DNA of 64,000 nt from Syncephalis fuscata S228 (lineage: Eukaryota > Fungi > Zoopagomycota), in NCBI GenBank assembly GCA_025786725.1, contig JAHLTZ010000018.1:62001-126000 (forward strand). The letters run 5' to 3'. Positions 1-12,427 of the stretch are shown one piece after another. Position numbers and translations under genes: made by a program. A model generated the notes under the pieces. That model searched no databases and had not been told where the DNA came from. It saw only the letters and a list, made by a program, of their open reading frames with translations. Each line of letters starts with the position of its first letter. Position 1 is the stretch's first letter.

Positions 1-818
1 AAATGTTAATTATCTATATAAATTAGTAATTGGTATTAATTATTGTAAATTCCGCTATGATAGAAATAAAATATAAAATGAATCAAAAGGTGTACTATTT
101 AAATTGAATACAGATCTATACTGCAGTTTAATTATTTTATTAAAATTTGCAGGCAAATTTATGTCTTCATAGTTTATAAAACCTGAATCTATTAATCGTT
201 TATTTCTACATATAGTTCAATATATTAATAGTGTATATGATATTACTTCAATGACTATTATTATATTTTAGTTATAAATTCCAATTTAGTCTTATAGTAT
301 TGCTTGATATCCAACTGTTTTCAAGCTACAGGTTACATATTAACTCAATCTCGACGATAAAATACCAACTACCTTTTAAGGACTTTTTATTTATGTGGAA
401 TCTTTAGTAAAATAACTAAATTATAGAAAAATTTCAATGTGTTTTGTAAATGGCATAACAATTATGATTATCATCTAAATATAACACGTAGGTTAGCAAT
501 ATTAACCAATTAAAATTGATGCATACTTTGTTGCACAGAAACATTTGTTGCTTTATGACGTATGTCCCCAGTTTGTATAACAACACGCATTAATGGCTCA
601 TGACCATAGTTCTCGGTAATTACAATACCGAATGGTCTTTATAAAATAAAATTGCTATTAGACATACCTGAATGAATAAATAATCACTGAATGGATCTAA
701 ATAATTGAATAAAAATATGTTACAACACTACTACCCGTGTAATTACCGGTAATTTATGTAACTAGATACCGAGTCATAATTAATAATAGATGAGACTATA
801 GAAACTGAAAAAAAGCTA

Positions 819-3479
819 ATGATCCGTGGTAATATAAACATTATACCTTCTAGAATGTTTGTCAAATGACTTAAGGCATGAATTACGGATTTAAAACCGG
901 TTTGCAAATACTCAACACGTGGGCAAGTTTTTCCATGCCGATGACACTCAAGGCTGCATGGTATATAAGCTGCGCATTAGCTATTGTTCATATTGTCTAT
1001 TCCTGCATAATTTAAATTTGTTTTTTTTTACATTTTCTGTCTTATTTACTGCAAAGTAAAACATTATCACTGTCAACATGGCCATCTTATCAACACTTAT
1101 CGGCTCGCTCAAAGATAGTCTGCTTGATTGGCAATTTATTGGAGTTACTATTGGTGCCTGTATTGCTGGACAGGTAATTAATTCATTATAATAAGGAAAG
1201 ACAACTTACACATTTGCTGGTATTTAGATTATATACGATGAATTTTTTTCACCAGGATCAAAAATACCTGGACCACGGCCACGATTTTTGGGCAAACTTA
1301 TTACAATGTATTATACCGTGAACGGCGAAATGATGAATCACCATAATGAGTTGAGCAAAAAATATGGTAGTGTCTCTTGGCTTTGTAAGTAATATTAATT
1401 AATATAAAGCATTAATTAATCGTCGTTTTACAGTACCAAAGTTTGTTTCTCTTGCCGATCCAGATGCTGTTAGAGTGATATCCACTTCAACCAAAATAAC
1501 AAAAGGCAATCTATACCAATCGTTCCAGTTTCATCGTGATAACATTTTCTCTACACAGTAAGTATATACATACAGCTCATTCAGTGTATTGACGGCTATT
1601 GTGGCATTATAGAGATGTTGCTTTTCATCGGAAGCTGGTTAGTTCATGTGCTATGGCAAACAAGGTTTTAGCTAACAAATAAAACAGAAACGTACTATTG
1701 GTCCAGTATTTTCACTTGCTTCTGTATCCGACATGGAGCCACTAGTTTATGAGGCTGGTCTTAAACATCTCGTAAGAAGAATTAATGAATATGCTGAATC
1801 AGGAAAAACATTCGATGTTATGGAGCTGCTCCACTATACAACATTGGTAATTGATAGCTGATCAGTATAGTACCCCGTCATACTAATCTTAATTTTATTA
1901 GGATGTTATTGGCGCAGTAAGCTTTGGTGGATCTTTTGAAACATTAATTGTTAAGCCGGGAGAGAAACCTCATCCAATTATTCATTGGATTTCCGATATA
2001 ACTCTTTTGGGTATTATGGTAAGTATTTATAATATCAATTTGTCAATTATTAATCAATGTTAAAGAAACAAGTATTTGGCCGATTTTGTAATCGATGGAC
2101 TTTTCCAAAACACTTTAAGTCTGAGAGGCAGATAGCTGAGGTATAATATATATATGTGTAATAACATACTGGTAACTCAACTAATATCGTTAACTTGATC
2201 TAGTTTACTCGTGAAGTAATTCTTAAACGTATGGCAAAGCAGCTGGAGGCTGAAAACGAAGATATTCCAGAGGGCACTGGCAAAGATGTACTGATGCGCC
2301 TTATTGAATCAGAAGATCCCGAGACCGGTGATAAACTTGACATTGAGCAGCTTATTGCCGAGTCCATTATTCAACTGTAAGTAGTGCAACTCGATAGAAA
2401 TGACACGATTGACCAACAGCCTAATTGCGATGACTAGTATTGGCGGCAGTGATACCACAGCACTAACAACTACTTGGTAAGCCATATTCATTAGTATTAT
2501 TTATTTTACTAACATCGCACTGCTATTAGGGCACTACATTTACTACATGATCATCCAAAAGTATTACATAAGCTCCTTGAAGAAGTTAAGGATATATGTC
2601 TCGATCGCACACACAATATTCAACATGATGAAATCAAAAACTTGCCTTATCTTAATGCTACGCTTTATGAAGTTATGCGTATGCGCCCAGTAGCTCCTGG
2701 TAGCGTGAAAATTTCACCACCTGGCGGTATTGACTTATGTGGCGTACATATACCCGAGGGAGTAAGTGTTAAGTTGTTTAACTTTTAAAACCGCAGCTAA
2801 TCAAATAATTTTATTTTACTTTATAGTATGATATCGGTATTTCTATTTGCTTTATACAATTTTCAACAAAGGTCTACGGTGAAGATGCAGACAAATTCCG
2901 ACCAGAACGTTGGATAGAAGCTGATTCTGAACAATTGAAATTAATGCGACAGTCGTTTATGACATTCTCCATAGGATCTCGCTCTTGTATTGGACAAAAG
3001 TAAGTGGTTACATACATAGCATCATATTGTTGTCTTTGCTAGTAAGCTTACACATATATTTAGTCTCGCGTGGATGGAACTCCGACTTTTATTGGCAACA
3101 TTGGTGCGTCAATTTGAGTTTGTAGTCCCGGCTGGCGAAGAAGTCGATATGCGACCAGCCTTTCGTTTTACCTCACAGCCACGTGGTGGTTGTTACAAGC
3201 TTCGCGCAACATTGCGCTCAGATTAGACATTCGTTTATCAATAAGTAACGGAAGTTACTGTAATACGCTATTTAGCCACTGCATGTATTACGATATTGTT
3301 ATACATACATATATTATATGAATTAAGTAAATAGCTTTTTTATTTTTGCAAATATCGGCAATTGTAACAGTTGTTTGTAATGAACATAAATTACATGATA
3401 TTTTTATTTATAGTTTATTCCATGTTATTCGGTAATTTCATACTTAAACAACAGCACGCATTACTATTTGTTAATTTGT
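819..3479 (+). repeat. Tandem duplication unit 1 (P450 gene plus flanks), paired with 4788-7439
   Basis: Near-identical sequence at an offset of about 3960 nt, including promoter, introns and 3' flank. Confidence 0.92.
1078..3226 (+). CDS. Cytochrome P450, copy A (about 11 introns)
   Basis: Spliced reading gives an N-terminal TM anchor, IPGPRP hinge, I-helix IGGSDTT, EVMR (ExxR), FRPERW and heme motif FSIGSRSCIG. Introns are GT-AG and the stop is TAG at 3224-3226. Confidence 0.93.
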
Positions 3480-4787
3480 TGATAACTCTATAGTTGCATT
3501 CATTACAAAATTGAATCAGTCAATAGTTTGTTTTCTGCATAGGTAATAATATACTAATAATATAAATAATACTACTCTAGTATCTATTATTAGATTTCAA
3601 TTATATATTATGCTTTCGGTTATATAATGTTGAATGATATTCAGCTGTTTTCAAGCTACAGGTTGCTTATAACAATTTAAACCCAATAACAGAATATTAG
3701 CTATTGTTGACATACTTGTGTTGAATACTGTAACCGTCGCTTATCTGCTTAAATGATTACATACATACTTGTTTATTTAACAATAAATGTTAATAAACAT
3801 TGCCTACCTTAGACGTAATGATTAATTGCAATACTGTAAAACGATAACAATTTTAAGCAATTAACAACTACGCTAGTTTAATGCCTGTAACTAGTTAGTA
3901 TTTGCAATAAAACTAAAAAAATAAAGTAATCGACAATGTTTACTGAAATAACAAATGACAATGTTTTTTTATAATAAAATGAGCTATAATAAGAGACAGC
4001 GGTAAAAGAAGAACCAGAACTTATTGTCTGTTCTTTCCATTTAATGATAAATGTGAATACTATTTTATCTTAAATAAATTAGCACCTATGCAATACATTA
4101 GACAGTAGAATAAAAGTAATAATTCAATTGTAAAAGTGTTGAGTCAATTATAAAATAATAATCGACTATAATGATCACTGCTACGCATCTTGAACAGGAC
4201 ATTACGCCGTATGCTTGCTAATAAATACATATATTAGTTGTAAATAAATCACGTGATCGTATACTAATTAATTACTATTGCCATAAATGGTAATAAGCAT
4301 AGAAAATTACATGACTAAACTATTAGTATGCATCCATAACAATACTTAGTAAAATAACAGGCTTGTAGAAAAATTAATAAAATGTTTTAAATGACATAAT
4401 AACTATGACTATTATTAAAAATATAACGTATAGATTAGCAATATTAGTCAATTAGAAAAAGGTGCATATGTTTTACGGGAATGGTTTGCCGTTTTATGAC
4501 GCATATTTCCGGTTTGTATAATAATACACCTTAGCAGTTCATGGCCACGGCTTTCGGTAATAACGGTACCGAATGTTTTATATAAAACAAAATTACTATT
4601 AAATATAACTGAATAATAAAGTTATTATTAAATTGAACTGATTAATTAATTAATTATTAAATAAATAGAAATAAATGAATAAAATAAACTGTAGTACCAT
4701 TGTATTTACAATTACCGATAGCATATACAGCTAAATACTAAATTGCAATTAATATTAAACAGGTTTATAGAGACTGCAAAAGGCCGA

Positions 4788-7439
4788 TGATCCGTGGTAA
4801 TATGAACATTATACCTTCTAGAATGTTTGTCAAATGACTTAAGGCATGGATTACGGATTTAAAACCGGTTTGCAAACACTAGGCACGTGGACAAGTTTTT
4901 CCATGCCGATGACACTCAAGGCTGCATGGTATATAAGCTGCGCATTAGCTATTGTTCATATTGTCTATTCATACGCAACTTAACATTTTTTACATTTTCT
5001 GTCTTATTTACTGCAAAGTAAAACACTACCACTGCCAACATGGCCATCTTATCAACACTTATCGGCTCGCTCAAAGATAGTCTGCTTGATTGGCAATTTA
5101 TTGGAGTTACTATTGGTGCCTGTATTGCTGGACAGGTAATTAATTCATTATAATAGGAAAGACAACTTACACATTTGCTGGTATTTAGATTATATACGAT
5201 GAATTTTTTTCACCAGGATCAAAAATACCTGGACCACGGCCACGATTTTTGAGCAGATTTGCTACAATATATTATTCAATTTCAGGCGCTATGATGAATT
5301 ACCAATACGATTTATATAAAAAATATGGCAATGTTGTCCTTGTTCGTAAGTAGCATTTATCAATCTTGTACATTAATTAACAGTTACTTTATAGGCCCGA
5401 ATATTGTTGCTCTTGCCGATCCAGATGCTGTTAGAATGATATCCACTTCGACTAAACTAGTAAAAGCAGATGTATATCACTCTTTCCAGTTTCATCGTGA
5501 TAACATTTTCTCTACACAGTAAGTATATACATACAGCTCATTCAGTGTATTGACGGCTATTGTGGCATTATAGAGATGTTGCTTTTCATCGGAAGCTGGT
5601 TAGTTCATGTGCTATGGCAAACAAGGTTTTAGCTAACAAATAAAACAGAAACGTACTATTGGTCCAGTATTTTCACTTGCTTCTGTATCCGACATGGAGC
5701 CACTAGTTTATGAGGCTGGTCTTAAACATCTCGTAAGAAGAATTAATGAATATGCTGAATCAGGAAAAACATTCGATGTTATGGAGCTGCTCCACTATAC
5801 AACATTGGTAATTGATAGCTGATCAGTATAGTACCCCGTCATACTAATCTTAATTTTATTAGGATGTTATTGGCGCAGTAAGCTTTGGTGGATCTTTTGA
5901 AACATTAATTGTTAAGCCGGGAGAGAAACCTCATCCAATTATTCATTGGATTTCCGATATAACTCTTTTGGGTATTATGGTAAGTATTTATAATATCAAT
6001 TTGTCAATTATTAATCAATGTTAAAGAAACAAGTATTTGGCCGATTTTGTAATCGATGGACTTTTCCAAAACACTTTAAGTCTGAGAGGCAGATAGCTGA
6101 GGTATAATATATATGTGTAATAACATACTGGTAACTCAACTAATATCGTTAACTTGATCTAGTTTACTCGTGAAGTAATTCTTAAACGTATGGCAAAGCA
6201 GCTGGAGGCTGAAAACGAAGATATTCCAGAGGGCACTGGCAAAGATGTACTGATGCGCCTTATTGAATCAGAAGATCCCGAGACCGGTGATAAACTTGAC
6301 ATTGAGCAGCTTATTGCCGAGTCCATTATTCAACTGTAAGTAGTGCAACTCGATAGAAATGACACGATTGACCAACAGCCTAATTGCGATGACTAGTATT
6401 GGCGGCAGTGATACCACAGCACTAACAACTACTTGGTAAGCCATATTCATTAGTATTATTTATTTTACTAACATCGCACTGCTATTAGGGCACTACATTT
6501 ACTACATGATCATCCAAAAGTATTACATAAGCTCCTTGAAGAAGTTAAGGATATATGTCCCGATCGCACACACAATATCCAGCATCATGAAATCAAAAAC
6601 TTGCCTTATCTTAATGCTACGCTTTATGAAGTTATGCGTATACGTCCAGTAGCTGGTGGAAGCATGAGAAATTCGCCGCCCGGCGGTATTGATTTATGTG
6701 GCGTACATGTACCCGAAGGAGTAAGTGTTAGATTATTTAGTTTTTAAATTTACAACTAATCAAATAATTTTATTTTAATTATATAGCATTCGATTGGTGT
6801 TTCTCTTTACTCCATGCATTTTTCAACAAAGGTCTACGGTGAAGATGCAGACAAATTCCGACCAGAACGTTGGATAGAAGCTGATTCTGAACAATTGAAA
6901 TTAATGCGACAGTCGTTTATGACGTTCTCCATGGGATCTCGCTCTTGTATTGGACAAAAGTAAGTGGTTACATACATAGCATCATATTGTTGTCTTTGCT
7001 AGTAAGCTTACACATATATTTAGTCTCGCGTGGATGGAACTTCGACTTTTATTGGCAACATTGGTGCGTCAATTTGAGTTTGTAGTCCCGGCTGGCGAAG
7101 AAGTCGATATGCGACCAGCCTTTCGTTTTACCTCACAGCCACGTGGTGGTTGTTACAAGCTTCGCGCAACATTGCGCTTAGATTAGACATTCGTTTATTA
7201 ATAAGTAACGGAAGTTACTGTAATACGCTATTTAGCCACTGCATGTATTACGATATTGTTATACATACATATATTATATGAATTAAGTAAATAGCTTTTT
7301 TATTTTTGCAAATATCGGCAATTGTAACAGTTGTTTGTAATGAACATAAATTACATGATATTTTTATTTATAGTTTATTCCATGTTATTCGATAATTTCA
7401 TACTTAAGCGACAGCACGCATTACTATTTGCTAATTTGT
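4788..7439 (+). repeat. Tandem duplication unit 2 (P450 gene plus flanks)
   Basis: Copy of 819-3479; similarity ends after ACAGCACGCATTACTATTTG. Confidence 0.92.
5040..7186 (+). CDS. Cytochrome P450, copy B (about 11 introns)
   Basis: Same exon structure as copy A, with IGGSDTT, EVMR, PERW and FSMGSRSCIG. Confidence 0.93.
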
Positions 7440-8330
7440 ACCAATCACTGTAAAAGTAATAAATGGCCGCAAAGGTACCTTTTGCCAATGACACGGTCAT
7501 CCGATAAAACGAAAATGTAGCTACAGAATGAGTTATGGCCCAAGCTAAAAGGGCAGGATCGAAACGTGCCACTGGTCGATTGTCTTTGGAACAAGGCCAA
7601 AGATTCAAAATTCGAAACGTGTAACGCCTACCTACTACGTATAAAACACCATATAAAAATGGTCCATTCGCTAATGTAGTGTTTCTACATTTGTATATGG
7701 CCTTATCTATTGTTTTAAAGCATGTGGAACTTAAAACGATTTGTGTGAACTTGCAATTAACGATGTTTATTAAAATAATAATTTGTTATTCTATCCACCA
7801 TTGATTAGAAAAAATAATTAAACTGCTAAATTACAAAGTGTCTATATTTAAAAACTTGGGTTCCATTGATAAAGATGTACTGTTGATTCATCACGTCATT
7901 TGAAACAGCCCGTACAATCCAACGGAATAACATTATAATTAGGCCCCTGGGGTAGGATAGGATGTAGGTGAACCTGTTTGCTTGTTTGGTGTTCCCCTCG
8001 AGCACGACTGTCTTTCCAGCGAGTTTCCATAGCGATATATCAGTCTGTTCGATGTGTGGGTGTGGGTGTATTGCTAATGAAGGTGCTCATTTTCACAACG
8101 GTAATTAAACGAGGAGCACGTTTATAAAAGGAGCTGGATATTCTAGTTTGGCCATGGCAAACATTAAAGCAACATCTTACTTTGGTCTACGATTCTACAC
8201 CACACTTTGTCCACCTTTTGTTCGCACTTTATTTGCACTACACATAACGCACTTTATTCACGGTTAAAACAGCCTTACATAAACCATCCATTAGTACTAG
8301 TACTACTACTACGATCATTATTAATACGCT

Positions 8331-10341
8331 ATGGCCATACTATCAACAATGCTCGGCTCACTGGCTGATGTTGTGCTCGATTGGCAGTTTGTCGGTGTTT
8401 CCATCGGTGCCATGATAGTCGGCAGAGTAAGTATGGATAAAACTCCGTTTACTTCAAACTAACGACACTATCGTATTATAGATTATCTACGACGAGTTCT
8501 TCTCTCCTATCGCTAATGTGCCCGGTGTTCGGCCACATTTCATTGGAAAGTTCCTTCCTGTTTACCATATGATTCGTGGCAACTATAACAACTATAGTGC
8601 TGCCTTGTCGGAACGCTACGGCAAGATTTATCGCCTGGGTAAGTCAATTATTGTTATTATAGTATGTCACTGCATTATTAATACTTTTCATCAGGCAAGA
8701 ACAAAGTGGGCATTACAGATTTGGACTCAATCAAGTTGCTCTACAGCTCTACTCGCTTCAACAAGTCAGAACTATATCGCAACTTTGAATTTCATCGCGA
8801 TAATATCTTTTCGACACGGTAAGTAAATTAAAACAAAATCTAATAAAATCCGATTAATGATTATTGATGTCAATTATTATCATTCTAATCTTATTAGCGA
8901 TGTTGCTTTCCATCGTAAATTGGTAAGCTACCTATTTTTGTTAATATTAATGCAAGACTAACAAATCTGTAACATTTTTAATAGAAACGTATGATTGCCC
9001 CGGTCTTTTCGGCCCTTTCTGTTTCAGAAATGGAACCACTTATTCACCGAGCTGGTGTTGAGCCTCTTGTTCAACGCCTCAGTGCCCATGCTGATGCTGG
9101 AGATACATTCGATATTATGATGATTCTTCATTATACTACTTTGGATGTCATTGGCGAAGTGGCATTTGGCGGCTCTTTTAACACAGTAGTTGTTAAACCA
9201 GGGGAAAAGCCACATCCAATCCTCCATTGGATTGATGACATCAGTTACCTTGGACTGTTGGTAAGTTACACTTAATAATTGATTATAATAATTAACGTTT
9301 ATTATTTATTTTAATAGCAAGAAGGTCTTGGTATCTTCTGTAATCCTTACTTCTTCCCAAGACACCACGAGTCGCGCGACCTTCTAGTTGAGGTATGTAG
9401 CAATAATAAGCAACATTCTCTTAAATATTTATATTAACTGTGCTTAATCTATTTAGTTTACTCGTTCAGTCATTCAAAAGCGTATGCTCGAGAACGAAGA
9501 GGCTCGTAATAATCCAGAAAAGGCTAGTGAGCGTGTTGACGATGTGCTGCAACGTATGATCGATTCAGTAGATCCAGAGACGGGCGAGAAGCTCGACGTT
9601 GACCAAATGATCGCTGAATCCATTATCCAGCTTATTGCTGGTACCGATACAACGGCTCTTACCGTTACTTGGGCCCTCCATTTACTTCATGATAATCCAG
9701 AAGTTTGCCGCATGTTACAGCAAGAACTATCGGAAACATTCCCCGATCCAAGTCAGCATTTTACCCATAACGATCTTAAGAATCTACCTTATTTGAATGC
9801 CACGATTTGGGAAACGTTGCGTCTGCGTCCCGTGGGTGGTGCCAGTCAGCGCACAATGCCAGAGGGTGGTGCCGTTATTTGCGGCCACTACTTCCCACAA
9901 GGCTATATTGTCCATCCAGCTACTCCAGCTGTCCATAAACTACCTGAAGTATTTGGTGAAGATGCTCATACTTTCCGTCCAGGTCGTTGGTTAGACTCGG
10001 ATCCAGAGCAATTGAAGCTGATGCGTCAATTCATTCTTACCTTTTCACTAGGTGCTCGTTCATGCATTGGACAAACGTAAGTGCAATACATTTATTTATA
10101 TACTACTCGTACCCGTTACTAATCCATTCATCCATCCATCTAATTACATATATATATATGTATTTATATGCTTTTTAATAGTCTGGCCTGGATGGAACTA
10201 CGCCTTATTCTGTCAACCATTGTACGCCGGTTCTCATTCACGGTGCCTGCCGGTGCAGAAACAGATATGACACCACTCTTTTTGTTTACAGTGAAGCCAC
10301 GTGGCAATTGCTACAATGTCCAACTTCAACACAATGCCTGA
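8331..10341 (+). CDS. Cytochrome P450, copy C (older paralogue, 7 introns)
   Basis: Starts MAILST like A and B. Motifs are AGTDTT, ETLR, RPGRW and FSLGARSCIG; the stop is TGA at 10339-10341. Confidence 0.93.
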
Positions 10342-10502
10342 TGATTACTTATTTCTTTTAACATTATGAATAATATACTATTTGTTTTACTTTTTATGTA
10401 CGCATACATTTGCACATACATTTAATCAATATCATTAGTATAGTAATCATTTAGCAAAAATATTTAATATTTGTGCATTGATGCATATCACTTTGTAATC
10501 AT

Positions 10503-11968
10503 TTAAACGTTAATCACACGGCTAAGTTTTTGAATACGGTTCAACAGTATATCGCCCTGTTTAATACAGGTTTGATACTGGGCATTCTTGGCATCTGGTC
10601 GATTGGTCTCAACAATACCGTTTACCTTATCGATAACACAGTGGAGACGGCCCAATGAGATGAAACGAGACAGTTCTCTATAATAATTCATGAATGCGTC
10701 AATTTACTGTAAATAAATGCTAGCCCACCTATATTGTAGGTGCCATTTAATTCTTACCGATCGATAAACTCTTCACTAACACCAAATGACGTAGCCATTG
10801 AACTAAGTGTAAGACTACGATAGCTTTCAAGTAGCTGTGCATAGGCATGAATACGCATTTCACGTACGTAATAGGTACGATGTGGATACAGGAATACTGA
10901 CGTCTTTATGTAACTCTGTTCTACCGCAGCTACTCATAAACCATTGTTATTAAATGTCTTAAATGGCGTTCTTCATCCAACTGCTTACCTAATGATTGGA
11001 AGAATTTTGCATACTCGCAGGCATGAAGTGATGTCATATAATCCTCAAGATTGGGCAGATCATTAATGACCTCTAATATTTCAGGTGCATCAATCACCTA
11101 ACAAATACAAATCAATTAAATTTTTAATATCAAATTATAATAATATTACAATTGCTTACTTTCTTTTTGATCTCCAAACGCTCAAGACTAATCGTGGCCG
11201 TCAATACAGCATATTTGACAAAATCACAATAGGACATCAACTCTGTACTAGTAAATGTTGAGATGGTATCAAGGAATAGGGTGGCTGCTCCTTTAAAGTC
11301 TCGAATGGACATAAGATAGGTGCCTTCATAAGCCTTAAGACGATTGCGTCGATCCCAATCGCCGCCCTCTTCAATAAGTAACTTGGCCTGTTCAATATAC
11401 CGACTAGTAACCTCTGGATCTTGATGAAAAATGCCAATACGAATTTGCGCAAAAAGAATATCCAGTCGATGGCCCAATGGTGCCGTTTTATCAAATGCCA
11501 CTCGATATGCATTGATGGCTTTATCCTAATATGCAGCTAATTAGTTAATATATCAATATGTAGCAAGAAACCTTACCTTTTCGCCTATTTGAGCCAAATA
11601 CTGGGCTTTAGCGATTAATGCATCACTAATATCTGTTTCACCAAGATTTTGCTCTGCATCTTCCAATTTAACATCCAATGCCTTTAATTCTTCAATATTA
11701 GCCGCTTCCATCTGAGATAGCAGTGCGTCATCAACTGTCCAGCCTAGTTCCTCGGACAACAAACGGTAGAAAGGCGCCATATCTATTGTATGTTTAGAGT
11801 AAGTATCCAGCTAAATATCTGCTTTACAAACCACTTACTTTGCTCTTTCAAAGCTTCTTGTAATTTACTAAGCGATTCATCGCGCAACTCTGTTGGGCCA
11901 CTGCCTAGAATAAATCGATGGTGAAGCAATTCAAGGTTTGGAATGCGTGGAATCTCAGTTTCTGACAT
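10503..11968 (-). CDS. RPN7: 26S proteasome lid subunit Rpn7 (PSMD6)
   Basis: [25 protein letters not shown] and the C-terminal [36 protein letters not shown] are diagnostic. Confidence 0.96.
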
Positions 11969-12427
11969 ATTGTCCGCAGGCTATGCTAGTTGCGCTAATA
12001 GAACAGAATAGAGTAGAATAGAACAGTAGAGGAGAGTAGTAATGGTAGGATTACTCTCGGTATTTGGCTATATTCAATAGATGGTAACTGTCTTGACAGT
12101 CTACTATTATCAACAACCAAGATCGAGACGGCAGAATAGAGAAAGAGTAGAGAGAGAAAGCGTATAGTTGGTGCAAGTAGTTGGAACAACAACAACAACG
12201 GATGATAAATAATTCAACGTAGACGTGTGTTCAGTGGTGTGTGTGTGTTGTGGATATCACAGTTATAACAGATTTATACGTAAACAATACAGATGACGTT
12301 TGTCCTTTTCCTTCTCTATTACTGTTAACACGCCGATCTTCATTTCACTACTACTACTGTAGCCACTATTATTGTTATTGTTGTATCTTGAACCTATCCG
12401 AGTAGTGTTGAATACGTGATAGTAACC
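11969..12427. promoter_or_regulatory. Bidirectional promoter/5' UTR region shared by RPN7 and RPN6
   Basis: There are 459 nt between the divergent ATGs, with ATGACGT at 12293 and CT/GA-rich tracts. Confidence 0.7.

Noticed and set aside
2309-2491. 60-aa ORF repeated three times (also 6268-6450 and 36757-36939)
   Set aside because: It is an antisense shadow of duplicated P450 exons and introns; the repetition reflects the duplication.
1078-10341. P450 array as a secondary-metabolite cluster
   Set aside because: No PKS, NRPS, terpene synthase, transporter or regulator is in view, and the right neighbour is RPN7. The left side is unseen.
11969-12427. Rpn4/PACE element in the proteasome promoter
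   Set aside because: There is no GGTGGCAAA on either strand; only a weak AGTGGCTA partial match.
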